From NCBI GenBank assembly GCA_030141605.1, contig JAQGDQ010000093.1:124001-188000 (forward strand): 64,000 nt of DNA, written 5' to 3'. A program made the translations under genes and the position numbers. The notes below the pieces were generated by a model that worked only from the letters and a program-made list of their open reading frames with translations, had not been told where the DNA came from and did not search any database. Every line of letters starts with the position of its first letter. Position 1 is the stretch's first letter. Origin of the DNA: Tubiluchus corallicola. Taxonomy: Eukaryota; Animalia; Priapulida. Shown piece after piece: positions 12,301 through 27,300 of the stretch.

Positions 12301-15300
12301 TTTTAACAGTCGAGATTTTGTCCCATTCTTCCGATACCTGTAAAAGTGATGTCCAGCAAACTGAGATTATGAGTGTATTTCCTTACACAATAAACACCCT
12401 CCACTTTCATAAAGCTAAAAAATTCGTCTTGAAATTTTGTATCACCTACATATTGCCTTATTGCGCACAGAGCTTGTATTAGCAGTAACTGTGTATAAAA
12501 CTTGAAACTTAACTCCCATTCTCACCATTAGGTGCAGCCATTTTAACGATAGATCGTTTGAAAAAATAATCAGAGCATTTGAAGCGCACATATCGCTAAC
12601 CAAGCAAAAATATAGATTACGGGGTCTCGTCAATAAGATTAGAAATACATTTTTTAGTGAATCAGTGGTGCACACTGGGAAGGCAAGTCAGTAATATTTT
12701 ACCGCAAACATTTTAAACTACTAAGAATTTTCTTTTCTAGTTACACAAGTCTTTCGAGCAAGTAAACGTAATGCCAAGTCATACAGATTTGTATGGATTG
12801 TTTTTATGACATTGTTTAACATTGTCATTTCTTCCCCTTTAATGTTTCATTCACAACTTCAAACAAACAGTTCCAGGAAAATGCGACGTTAAGTGAAACA
12901 TCATTAATGGAAGTCAAGACTTCCACAGAAAGAAACGTAAAAGAACTGAGATACATTCCAGAGGTAAAAATCAATGCTGCTTAAATCATATAGATTAAGG
13001 GTTTTTAGAGTTTTAGTCAAGTTTCTACTGATTACCTAAATGTGAAGATTGTCTGAAAGCTGCATAACTGTAGCTACACTTGATTTTAGATAGATTTAGA
13101 TTAGATTTATTTATTCATCCATTTAGCACAGTACAAAAATAAAAGTTATAAAATTACTAATTAACAGTGCATTAAAATGCTATGAGCGCAGCAGAAGAAA
13201 TCAACACGGATAAAACTTAATAAATTATATTAACAACAACTAAAAAAAAATAGGTTAAAGGAAGCGAAGAAAACAGATGCGAGAAAATGATAATGACGAT
13301 GTTGATGATAATGATGACAACGATGGTGATATTAATGCTGATGACAATGGTAATCGTGATTACAATGATAATAAATAGATGCTAATCGAGATAATGCGCC
13401 AGGTTTGATGATATAAACCAAGTTAGCCTTTTTTTGCAGTGCTACGAAAATTGTGTTAAAATATTGAACTATATAAAAAATATAAATATGTGTTATTTTC
13501 AATTACATGTGTTAATTTCAATTACAATTGAAAGGTTTTTCACCAGTGTGAGTTCTCACATGTGCTCTTAGAGTCGCCGGGGGCTTAAAACTCATATCAC
13601 ACAAGCAGCACTTTAATGGTTTCTCATTTGTGTGTGTTTTTAAGTGATTTCTTAATTTTTTAAGTGATTCCACATTCAGTGCGCTTAAATGGCTTTTCTC
13701 AGGTGTGAGTTCTTACGTGAGATTTTAAGATGGAAGACGATGTGAATAGTAAGTGACAATAACCGCATTCATGCCGTCTTGTGGTGGCAGCAAACATACG
13801 CATTCTGGGAGACATCATTTCATATGGTGCTTCTGCTAAACTAGACATTTCAATATTGTCTGCTTTACCGTAGTCGACTTTAAACCCAGAAGATTCTGAA
13901 ACTACCTATATATCTACCAAATATAGCATGGAAAAATGTCCATTGAAAAAATGTTAAACATTACTGCTAATCACTGGGAAAAAACAAACTTTGATTTTAA
14001 CTAATATTAAATATTCCACTATTCAGTTTTACACATTCACAAAGTCTTATCCTCCCTTCCTACTGGCATCTTTTGAGCTCATTAGGCAAGGCAGAAATAT
14101 TTTTTGTGGCCAGCTTTAAGTAAATTAGTTACACGAATACAACAATAGTTTTTTTTACCAACTACATTTTGATAATAAATGGCCTATCTACATTTCATGA
14201 AGATAAAGTTAGCACATGAAATGGCAGACATATTTACTCAAAACTACATCATAAATTAAATGTTTACAAGATTACATGATATAACAAATAATAATAATGG
14301 GCTATACCTAGTTACGTGGACCTTAGTGTATGTATACCTATATATCTATATACCTAGCTAGCAGTTGCTCTTTGCTTAACTTTTAAGTGTAGGCAGTGGT
14401 TAAACAATAAACACTGCAGCAGAGTCAAAACCAAGCGCTGGGTGACCTTGGGAATTTTATCTAGTCTACTTGCTATGCAGATTCCTGGTGACCTTCGGTC
14501 TTTTCACCACCCCGTCTCTTTTCCATCTTTATTTTAGTTTTTGCTTTTGTTTAATTCTCGAACATGTCAGAATCAACACACTTTTACACAACACGTAAAA
14601 ATCAGCATACTATTACACATAGGACGTAAAGAATATTCCTTATTTCTGAACGGCTGGTGCGTTCAATAAAAGTAAACGAAAACAATAAGCTGAAAAAACA
14701 ACAAAAGCAAATAAGGCACACCCTGGACAACGCAGAATTTCCTGCTAGCCAATAAGAGATCCATTTGTAGTGAAAAACTAGCCACTGCCCATGGAATACA
14801 GACACCATACAAACAGAAAAACTCTTTGTCAGCATCAAAGAAATTACTTTATTGATTGCATGCAAAAAAAACGAAACTTGCCTGACTCTTCAGGTGCACC
14901 AGAAATGAGTATTGATTAACCAAATTGAACGTAAATGCATGAACACAATAGACAGTAATCAAATCACGATGGAGAAGGAAATTTCTACGACTAAAAGCTA
15001 AAATCGTGCATGCTCGGCTACAGAAAATCGGAAAATCAACCGAAAGTGAAGAGAATAATTTTCGCGCACGAAACATCAAACTCTTGTTTGACAAGCTTAA
15101 AGAAATTGTGCATTACTTCTGGGAAGCCGCAAGCAGATGGAATTAGAGATTTTAAAATTTTCGTTACACCTCGTAACTAAGGCTGTTACGTTTACATGTG
15201 TAAACAAATGCGTTTCACTTAGTCCTTTTAAACGTTCACTGATTTCTGTAAATGATAAATGGTTTCCCTTCAGTTTACTTCTGAAATGATATCACAATAG

Positions 15301-18300
15301 TAACAATGATAATGTTATGACAGCATGCAGTGCACTTGCCAACATTAATGCCCACCAGTGCCTAAAAATCATTTTATCTATATTCTGTAAAGAATAGCAG
15401 ACTAGGTGACTTTATAGTCTTTTCGCTATCGTTTCTCTAAATCCAGATCTATCTAATCATTTTAACCATTCTTCAAAACTTATCAGCGATTCTTTTATTA
15501 ATCATGTTTTATTGTAGTATTATAAAGAGATAAATAAATTAATATTGAATTGAACTTGCTGCTGCGGACCAATGCTTGTTGCTTCAAATTGCTCATAAGT
15601 TATACTGATAAGATAAGCCATGCCCAGGCTGTTACTATTGTCCCATAGTTCATCAGTCAAGCCATCGTGGTGATTGCTATAGCTGCATAAGTGGCCATGA
15701 GGAAACAAATGACAGTTTTTGTCTTTTAATTATATTATAGCTACATACGTGGCTATGAGCGTTGAAAAACGTGGTAAGGAGCGCGTCCGTAAATAATCCG
15801 TGCCTGATCTTGTTCCTGAACAGTCGTTCCACCGGCTTCTGGCGCATCATTGTGTCATGCAATACCAGTAGCACAAATATATCTATGACCTGAAGCAGAA
15901 ACCAAATTACAGAAATTCACTGGACACATGCGTTTACATGAAAATAAACAATTCTCTGATGATGGAATACAACTTTAAATATGAAATAATTATAATAATT
16001 ATAAAATTATTATAATTACTATATTTATTAAAAATACTTATAATAATTTGCAAACCAAGATATGAGTGTATAATCAATATTAATCACAAATGCCAGGAAT
16101 CTCACAGCTAATATTAGGCTTGAATTCCCAAAGTCCTTGGTTCAAATACAATTTCATTCCCATTCTTTTAACTTAAGCGAATACTGTACAATCTTCAGGT
16201 TTCATATTGATAAAAAAATTCTAATAATCATGGATTCCATGATTCCATCACTGGATTTCTAAAACAGCATGTTTAGTTACCGCACAAAAGCCAATGTATA
16301 ATCGTTGCATGGCACGGTGTAGAGCAAGTGAATTACAGATTTCTGATAACGAAGTCTAACATGCATATAAAAAACAACAATGCAATGTCAACTCGTACCT
16401 TGTGTTCTTTAGCAGATTTGACATTTTCAATAACTTTAAACCAGGTGGCGGCCACGCCTTTCAGAAAATGAGCAGCCGACTTTATGGCGTCCATGATCAG
16501 GAACTCCGCACCGCGAGATTCCGAGTTGTCAGCAGGCGAAGCGGGTAGGGAGGAGGTGGAAAATGTGGTTTCGAACTCGAGTTGATGTCGCAGTTCTGTG
16601 ACAACCTGAAAAATGAGTGTTAGGTGAGAAGAAAGAAGAAGTAAACCATTATTTTCAAATCTTCATCACTCAATGTGACATGTTATTCTTGGTGTGAAAA
16701 CTGAGTAGAGTAAGTCCTCGCTAAACGACGCTAATGCGTTCCAGCAAAAGTTAGCCTCGTTAAGTGAAACGTGGCTAAATGGAAAAGCTTTCCACAAAAA
16801 ATAATGTAAGAGTATTCAACTGCATTCCAGGAGAAAAATGAGTAGTACATTGCCTGTGTAACATTGCTGTTCAATTGTTTGCAGGAGAAAAATCAATAAC
16901 AAGTGGCTCATAAATTAAACATTATCTAGGGTTTATAGTTAAAAACAACATAACTTCATTAAAACTTTTACATTAAAAAGTTGAAATTAAGCCAAGCGTT
17001 GATTGTCTCATCATCAGTGGTAATTTTACAAACATACAACCAGTTTATTAGTACCATAATAGGCTCTGGCTATATAAACTGGTTGTATGTTTGTAAATTT
17101 ACCACTGATGATGACAGCAGCAGCCTGTCGAAATGCTTGGCTTGATTTTAACTTTTTAATGTAAAAGTTCTAATAATGTTTTGTTGTTTTTCAGAAATGT
17201 TTTGCTGCGAGCAACACAGAACACCACAAGAAATGGGTTCTTATTAGCTTGGCACAAACAATGAGGTTTGTTATTAGCTCGGCAATTTGGCACAAACAGT
17301 TCTGCACACAAAATCGAAAAATCTGTTGCTATTAACACATTGCATGCAACGCTAATCATCACATCATGATTCCTGCTATATTCGTTGCTTGAGTGCAACA
17401 TTAAATACAAACGCCAAGTGTACTGTTGCCAGTTTCTCATGTGCAATATTAGTCATGATATTGTCACTACACATTTGCATCATTAAACATGACAACGTGA
17501 AAATAAAAACTTGTTAATTTACCAAGTTGGTTATTACCGAGACATCAACTTTTCCATCCTAAATAAGCTAACAGCAATGCGTATTGCTCAGTTTAAAATA
17601 TTTTCAACGGTTTTATACCTTTAAAGCCACATTATTACGGCTGTTCACTTCGACAGACTCTTAACTTCAACAGCACTGCTAAAATACCATCATACCATAG
17701 CCACACTTTTGCTTGACTAGGGTGGCATAGCTTAGTTGTATCACCTAGGAGATAGCGTGTTCAACTCCCGACGAAGTCAAACCAAAGACTAAGAAATGGT
17801 ATCACTGGTTCTTAAATGGGTTTATCGAAGTAACATGTGGGTAATAATAATCAGGACCACCTTGGACATAAGTAATGAGCAGTGGCAGCTCATAGCTAAA
17901 ATTAGTGGGGGTGCTGCTTCAGAAATTTTTTAGCCATTGTTTTAATAATGCATGAAATGAAACAAACATGTGTAATTTTAAAGCTGTAACTTGTAATTGT
18001 AATTTTAAACAAACAAACATAAAAAATTTTATACAAAAACTTGATAAAATCCTAAACAAAATTTTTTTTATTTACGAATCGCCTAAATTGCAGCAGTTCA
18101 AGAATATACCAGTACACGGTTTTTAAGCACATGACAACTGACAACAAACTGTGTGCGCAACAGCACTTTCTCTACCTAGCAGCAGATGCTAGCTGTGCAG
18201 TGTACAGCGTGTTATCTCAGATATGTGCGCATGACCGCATGTGCTCAACAGCCAAACACACCACTGTGTTGGGGTGTGAAGCAAACAGTGCTACCTTCAA

Positions 18301-21300
18301 GTGCTCTGGTTCCGTACAAGTATAAAGAACAAAAAAAAACACTAGTTATATTGAATATTATCGATAATATTGTGTGAAAATAGGGGATGCTGAAGTTCCA
18401 GAGAATCTACACACGAGCCGCCATTGGAATTCAGTTATTTAAGGTGTTATTCCCTGGACTAAGTCCTAAACGAAATTATTATTATTATTGCCCCTCACAG
18501 AATCACTGAGTTATTGTGGAAGCAATAACAACACTAGCTCAGTGCAGCTACATTTTCTCGGTTTATGCTAATCCACAGTGGACTGTGGACTGAATTTATA
18601 TATGAGCCTATCGTTCTTGAATGTACAGAAAAATTTAATAACTAATTAACACTGATGCTACCAGCCCAAATTTCGAAGCAAATGTACCTATTTGTAAGAT
18701 GTGAAATAGTTAACAGTGTTTGGTAACCAATATCCTCTGACTGGATGGCAGGTGATTTTCTAATTCAATTCAATTCAATTCAATTATTTATTATCTCCGT
18801 TAGAACGATAAAAATACAGTATAAAGAATACATGGAATATTTTGAAGCAAAGGAGAAGGGCAGCGAAGAACCCGTAGGTTATACAAAAACAACAGCGTTT
18901 TTATCTTCTGTGCGAAATGTACCGAATAAGAAGATAAAATATGAACAAATATATATCAAGTAGGTTAGATGTAATATTAATTACAACTGTTATTGTACTA
19001 GTAAAAATTTAGTAGAGATAGTGTAGATATGTATTTTCTGTTTTCATTCAGTAAGTGTTTCTTTGTCTTATTACAGTTGCATCTTTGGTGACATTTAACA
19101 CTTAGAAGCCACGCGTTAAAAATATGGATTTCTCTGTGCAAAATGCCAACTTTTTCAAGTGTTCTTAGATTTTTTTGGAAATGTGCAAAGTAAGTGAACT
19201 GTATACCATTTTGTAAATCTTTTCAAGCCCTACAAATCCCACCTTAGTTTCGTTTACAGTGACGGTTGCTATGTAGTAGTCTAAACTGTAGACAACTGTA
19301 GCCATTTTTAATGGCTAATCAAAATTACTTACAGCTACAGCTGTGTCCGGTTTTGTAGAACCCGTAGGTTATACAAAAACAACAACGTTTTTATCTTCTG
19401 TGCGAAATGTACCGAATAAGAAGATAAAATATGTACAAATATATATCAAGTAGGTTAGATGTAATATTAATTACAACTGTTATTGTACTAGTAAAAATTT
19501 AGTAGAGATAGTGTAGATATTTTCTGTTTTCATTCAGTATGTGCTTCTTTGTCTTATTACAGTTGCATCTTTGGTGACATTTAACACTTAGAAGCCACGC
19601 CTTAAAAATATGGATTTCTCCGTGCAAAATGCCAACTTTTTCAAGTGTTCTTAGATTTTTTTGGAAATGTGCAAAGTAAGTGAACTGTATACCATTTTGT
19701 AAATCTTTTCAAGCCCTACAAATCCCACCTTAGTTTCGTTTACAGTGACGGTTGCTATGTAGTAGTCTAAACTGTAGACAACTGTAGCCATTTTTAATGG
19801 CTAATCAAAATTACTTACAGCTACAGCTGTGTCCGGTTTTTCTTGAGCAACACTTTGCAGTACAAACTTTGTAACGACAGCCAAGTTACTTTGACTAACA
19901 TACACCATGGCAGCCATCACCTGAAATAAACATGGTAGTTCAATACAAAAAACTCCCGGAGGTGGAATTACCTTTGAACTAAAAACTCCCGGAGGTTGAT
20001 TTACCTTTAAACTAAAACTCCCGGAGGTTGATTTACCTTTAAAATAAAAACTCCCGGAGACTGAATTACCTTTAAACTAAAAACTCCCGGAGGCTGAATT
20101 ACCTTTAAACTAAAAACTCCCAGAGGTTGAATTACCTTTAAACTAAAAACTCCCAGAGGTTGAATTACCTTTAAACTAAAAACTTCTGGAGGCTGAATTA
20201 CCTTTAAACTAAAAACTCCCGGAGGCCGAATTACCTTTAAATTAAAAACTCCCGGAGGCTAAATTACCTTTAAACTAAAAACTCCCGGAGGCTGAATTAC
20301 CTCTAAATTAAAAACTCCCGGAGGTTGAATTACCTTTAAACTAAAAACTCCCGGAGGTTGAATTACCTTTTAAATGTTGTTAATCCGTCTTTTAATTTTA
20401 TACTTAAGGGTGCTGAATTCCATAAGTTGTTCGCTGTTCGTGATTTGACGAAGACCTATACAACAAACCTTAATCTTGAATAAAAGTCAAGACTAACCTT
20501 ATTTCTAACTTCATTCAGCATTTCAGGACTGAGTTGTAGATTTGATAGTGAATCCAAGATGGCTACCGTCAATTCATTATCCCACTGCAGTAAGTCACTG
20601 TGGAGAAAATAAAACACAGCGTTGAGAGAAACACAGTGATAATATTTAGGCAATTCTTTTATTTTTTTACAATTCGACAAGCTGCAAGCCAACACGGGAA
20701 CCTGGTGCATTATCAAGGCTAATCGTTTATCATGAGCTACTAAGCCAGTGGGGGTATCATGAACAAGTAGGCCATCATGAACAAGTCACAGACCAGCCTT
20801 AGCGTTGCTTAACTTTGATCGCAAAGAAATTTGGTTATTCGGCTAAGAGCACTTGGCCATTCACACCTGCTCCAATTTATCTATTTCCAAATCTTATTTT
20901 TAGTTTATATCTACTCTACATAAGTAATACCAAACATTTTGATTTCTGTGTTTAAAATGAGACATGATTCGTTCAGGAGTTACAAAAAGAATTCCCCAGA
21001 AGAACAAAAATTTACATATGTGTGCTTGCAAATCAAAATCGTTCATAAGACGCCAATTAAGCTATTCTAGTTATTCACATATCCTGAATCTCCATTTCGT
21101 GAGGATCATTTTGATACCAAGCTCATCACTCTATGTTATTTCTAACCGGAGATAATTCACGTTGAAGTTGAGCTGCATCATAACGCAGTTTAAACTATGC
21201 CGACTTATGGACGGTTTTGGTTTGCAAGCACACACATTAGTAATCACATCTGCCAAAGAAGTCCATGGTTTGTTTGTTTGTCTGTTCGCAAGATTATGTA

Positions 21301-24300
21301 AAAGTCTTAAAGCACAAGAAAATTCTCCACTTACATGAAGATGAAAAAGTTCGTCTTGAAATTTTATACCACTGACATACTGCCTTTTTGCATGCAGAGC
21401 TTGCATCGGCAGTAACGCTATATAAAACTTATAAATTTAAACTCCCGCGTTGACAGTTAGATGCAGCCATTTTAATTTTAGGTTGCTTGATACAAGTTTA
21501 GATGACATTGCATAAAGTTTGAAAAAATAATCAGAGCATTTGTAGTGCACTCTTCACTAACGAGTAAAATTTTAAATTACTGTATCTTGTAAATAAGATT
21601 AAAAATATGTTTTTAGTTATTGAGTGGTGCACCCTGGAGGGTGAACCAGCGACGTTCTACCAATTGGCACAAACATTTAAAAGTATTATTTTTACTTAAA
21701 TTAGTCTTTCTAACAGGTAAGCGAAAAGCTAAGTAATATAGAATTGAACGGAAAGTTTTTTGGGACATAATTTATATTTGCGTAGGTGACGTCATGTAAT
21801 GGTGACTGCAGAAAAGTATAGAGGGAGATTTAAAATGAAAACAAACATGAGTATGATATACGCATAAAATTGCTGTAAAGTGATATAATTTTTAAAAGCG
21901 ATTTTTTTGAAACCTACTTCAAGTACACCTTTTCTCGTCTTTCAACTAATTTTCCCAAAACTTACCCATGTGGCGGTGGCGGCAAGGGACAAGGAACAAT
22001 GCTTTCCACTTCGACAATGATTGATTAAGAATTGCAAAAGAAGATCAATTTTAGTTGACTACCTCTCACCTTTGTACAAAATTCCATGTAACGTCATGAT
22101 ACAGCTCTGCAGAAGCATTGTTAAAATGAAAGGGAGTACTAAAGGGGCAACAAGGGGGTTTGTCGTTTAGTAAATAGTCACATTCTGCAGGCCTAGGCGG
22201 AGCTCTGCGCTCTATACTGGATGCCATTCTAGCTTACGATTGTAACTCCACCAATATATTTAACATACACCAATTTTTGGGCGACATCAGCGTGCTGACT
22301 ATCGTCAATGATCTCTGGTAAACAACTGACGATTTCCTGTTTTGCCTCGACGCCACTCAAGCAGCCAAACATCTCTAACATAGAACTGCACAAATCCTGA
22401 AAGAACAAAACACATTTGTAATTGCAGCAAACAAACAAACCATATACACATCTTTTTCCTGTAGGTTTAAAAAGTATTTTATCAAGACATAATTTTGCTT
22501 ACATACTGATCTATTTCAATCTACTCTATTTTAATACTAATCTTTTCTTAACAACCATGATGCGCCTTAAATAGTTTTGTAAAATAAATTATCATTACTA
22601 CTGGTTTAAACTGTATATATTAGCACACAGAAAATTTAAACGATACATACATGAACAGCTGAAAGCTTTTTAACGGTACTAGGTGACTGGCTAACAGGTC
22701 TATAAAAAGAACCTATATAAAATTCTCTTACATGAAGACAGTCACAGTATTAGAAATCATTAAGAAATACATTAACTTCATACATTGGTGGTAAAACGGG
22801 AAGTAAAACGTGCAAGGAAGAAAATTCCAAAAATTAGTTGGGGGCGGATGATACAGGGATATGATAGATGAAAAATGGAAGTGGATGATTAATGGTACTC
22901 AGATATCATTGCCCTTGTTGCTGTTGGATGCATGATAAGATAAAGCAAATAGAAATGGTAGTTCTAATGCACTGTTAAATGCCTCCCATGCTGGAAAGGC
23001 CTAAGAAACATTGTTTTTGAGTCGCATTCAGAGTACCCAGTCTTCTGTTGCGAGTTTTTCCTCTGAGAGCAAGCTAGCAAGTGTGAACTGCAGTGTGAGT
23101 TACTATCGGCAAGTTAATGCAAACTCTCTGATAGTAATTTTTGTGGCTTTTCCAAAAAAAACTGTACCGTCCATCTCTATTGTGAATTTATAGTTGCTTA
23201 TGTAATGAGGAAATCAAACAGTTACTTGTGGTGTATTAGAAACACTATTAGCCTAGTTTCTACGTGGCCATTATTAATTACATATATTTGCATAGAGCTT
23301 ATATTCTAGCAGGCTGCACAACTACTTGTTGTGTAATCCATTGCACCTGTTCACTAGGAGGCACTTATATAAAAACAGCGCTCAGTAACTGCCTGTGGTG
23401 CATTATAAAAGGTGCCCTTTACTTGAATATGAAAGTATACACATTTTCCGAGGAGTATACTAAGATGCGACGCCCCTCAAACTTTGGATGCCCAGGCTAT
23501 AGCCTAGTTAGTCTATTGAATAATACGTCCCTGTTAATCGGTCCCATTCATTGATGAATGTCCACTCACCTTGGTATCAACGATGTAGTCCAGCCAACGA
23601 AACTGGCTCAAGATCAGCCGAGGCATGTCGACGACGGTCTCGCTTCTGACCAGATTCCTGAAGATGAAAAAACATTCATAAAATAATGAATAATAATATT
23701 ATTTATAGAATAATTTATTACATCAAAGTATTGCTGAAATAACTACGATTTAGTGCGGAAGCTTTGAGCAAAAATAGAATAATTTATACTCATACCTCGT
23801 TTTGCAGATATTGGAAGAATCAGACAAAATCTGGACCGTTAAAAGTCCCGCATACTAGGGACAAAGTCTGTTGTTTCGCGAGCTGATCACTAGGTGGCAG
23901 GCCGTCACTTTGTTTACATTATTACATTAACGTAACATGATTGTTTCTATGTATATTGTAGTGCACAAAAACAAAGTAAAAATAGTAAAAGCCAGTTGGG
24001 CTCACAAAAGTATCTTATTTAAGCATGTGCAAAAAAATATAGTTTACAATTATGCAGAGTTATTTGAGTCAATTATCGACAGCTTACATATACTATTGCA
24101 TAGGAGGTATACTATTTATGTAAACAACTATTCACAGGTACCATATTTACAACAATCACAACAGCAATTGCACACACAAGTTACGATATATAAAGTACTT
24201 ACTCTGCGCCACTATCAAACAAAACCAACTTTGCCAGCAGAATTTTTGAAAGCTTAACCTGAAACGAAACAAATGTGGCCGGTTAATAGAAATTGTTCAA

Positions 24301-27300
24301 ATGATAAACACAAACTAGTATTTGAAAGCTAGAATGCCGCCTCTTCAACAAACGAAACTCAAGGAGGAGGTACTGGTACTTCACTAAGCTGATTACTGAT
24401 ATGCAACATTATTATGTACATCAGGCATTAGTGACATACGCGTGATAACTTTGTAATGAGAAAAGCAGTAAAAACTTCTTTACCTGTAGCAGTTCCACAC
24501 CGAGCAGCAACCTGACAACACTGTCCTGATCTCCACTTCTTGCGGCCGTAGTACAGTCTGGCGCTGTTGCCGTCGGCATCAGACACTTGTAAAATCTGGC
24601 AAAAACAGACGGTTAACTTCATTTAGATTGAAAACAAGAACAACGATAAACAATTGTTTTTGTTTGTGCACAATAAACGTTTCATAGTTTCGTTGTTCGC
24701 ACGAGCAGCTACTGTAGGTCAATGTTTAAGTGTACCAGAGCAATCCGTCTTAGCTACAACCATCACGTGACACGTGGGTACAGCAAAGCCCAGTATAGCA
24801 ACGTCAGTTGTTTTACGTGGACTTTATTTAATTATGCATTAATCTGTCTGGGATCTTGCTAGGGAACAAAAAAGGTAAGGTTCTAGCTAGCTGTTAAAAC
24901 AGTTACTATTACAATAGCATGGGCTTCAAGGTATTGTCAAATCTACACAAATGCGCTGTCTGGTACATTTAACCTTTGACCTTCTCACGATCATCGTCAA
25001 TCACTGGAACTATGAAAAGGCTTATTGGCAGTACTTGTAGTTTCATCTATATGATACTGAATGACAGCAGGTCTACCATAATTACAAAATACCCAACCAC
25101 GTCTAAAGGACGTTTTATAAACTTTGAACAGGACCTAGAAATATGTTCAGAAAGTTGATACATAATTCAAACCAATTTTGTTTTACATTTGGCACACACG
25201 TAAAATATGTTTTATGAAATTTGAAAATAAACAATCTAACCATGTCATCAGGTCGACAGTAAAGAATACATCTGTTTTCGTCTAATCGCCTGGGTAATAT
25301 TTTTTTATCGTGCACCCAACCGGGACTTTATAATTTTTTTGTACGTACTTATTTGACGCAGTAATATAAGTGTATTTTTTTAATTTAAAATGCAAAACGC
25401 AATAATTATTGTAATATCGTTCTTTCGGGGAACACAGGAGGCCATGTTTTTCCACGGCTAACTCTCTGGAAGGGTTGCCGTTTTCTATAATGATCAATGT
25501 ATTAGAGGCTAAAAAGTGACAAATTTTCTGCCAAATCGGTGTATTAACGGCCGAGTAGCGTTGCCGCTTATACCATAATTATTAGAACACATACACGTTC
25601 ATGATACAAAAAAGAAGCTATACAATAATCGATAACTATACAATAATTTAGTAATGCGAAACTAAAAACGAAGCGTGAAAAAATGTGCTTTGACAAAATT
25701 CAAAACATAACTGCTACTAATGGGAAATAAACAAACTTTGATTTCAAATATTCCACGATTCAGCTTTAAACATTCACGCGAGATAAGACAGAAACAAATT
25801 TTTTGTGGCCGGTCTTTGCTACAAACCTGTTCGAATCTTCAAAATAGTTTTCCAGTCCCGCCATGAATTCAGTCACAGCAGCAGCACAGTCGGCCTCTTT
25901 CTGCAAAGCTGAAGCCAAACTGCGCTGAAATAGGACCTGGTCTACATCTGAAAGAACTTACATGTTAGTCAGTACTACCAAGACGAGCAATTGGTCGCAA
26001 TGGTAATTAAAAATAAGTCCGGGAAAACATTAGTAATGCAAGCATTGGAGTAAGAAGTGCGTTGAACAAGAGCAGAATAAGAACTGAAAACAAAGTGATA
26101 CATCCTGGTAATACGATTTTCAAGAGACCGAAATATTTTTTCGTATTAAGTGTGTTACGTACTATCTGTTGTTTTTTAAGGTTTTCAAGGTTGTCTACTA
26201 ATTAGTTAATAATTTTGCCGCTGGAGGGCGATACGGAGAGAGAAAAGAAAACCTGTTTTTGGAACAGGAGTTGGGTTTGGTCAGTTTTTTGTGTTGGGCA
26301 GTGGAATGAAGTATGTCTTTTACTAATCTCATTTTATGTAGTAGTTTTTCGGTGTGTTGATTCTAATTCACGTGAGTATTATTAACCTATTAAGTATATT
26401 TAAATCAGCTAAATTTATAAATTAGTTTTACACGTTCTATTAAATTTTTTATATTGTAGGTTGAACCATATCGTATAACAACTTTAAACTTCACATGATG
26501 ACAATGGCTGCAAAAAGAGAAAATAAAATAAAACTGCTAGCAACTAATGACTTGTTCATGATGTTGTTGTTCTGATTGTTCATGTTTAATGTGCAAACTT
26601 TAAATTTCGATACTATCCATCACATGCATCTTTGCTAAGTCACGATAATGTTATTTCTTTCAGATTCCTAGGTTTCATAAGTTTCGGTGGTCATCGGTAA
26701 CATCCCTGGATTTGATTGCAAATAACAAAAGAACTTGCAGAAGTTTAGAAGTTTTTTGCAATCCGCAAATGCATATTCACATATTTTACATCTAAGACAT
26801 ACACCTGTTTCTCAATAAATGTATAAATGAGATTTGTTGAGAAAATCTTGTTAGTTTTTTTACACCATCCTCTCCATCCTGATCACATTGAGTGAATACT
26901 GGGTCCACACACAAAACATCACGAAAAAACTGCTCATTTTCACCAATCTACACAGAAAACTTATTGGGACATTTTTTTAATGAAAAGCCGGACTGTGGTC
27001 TAAATTCCAAAAATAATAATTATATAAATAATATTTACTTAAAAATATTGTTAAGCCTTTTTTTTCAAAATAAATTCCTTCACTTTAAAATCATTTTGTT
27101 CAACATAAGTCCCAGTTTAGAGTATTTTCAAAGATTGGAGACGGAAAATTAAACGAGATAAATACGGGACACTCACGTAAAACATTAGGTTTATCATCCT
27201 CAGACAGTGACAATGACGAATCGTTCAGCAGATGGAAAAACTTTGAACCGTATTCCAAGTACAAGAAATCCCCTTTGTCCTGGTTGTTGTTGTCAGCGGT

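Noticed and set aside
19949-20370. 33-bp repeat array resembling a CRISPR array
   Set aside because: Units are contiguous with no unique spacers, there are no cas genes, and the context is a eukaryotic intron.
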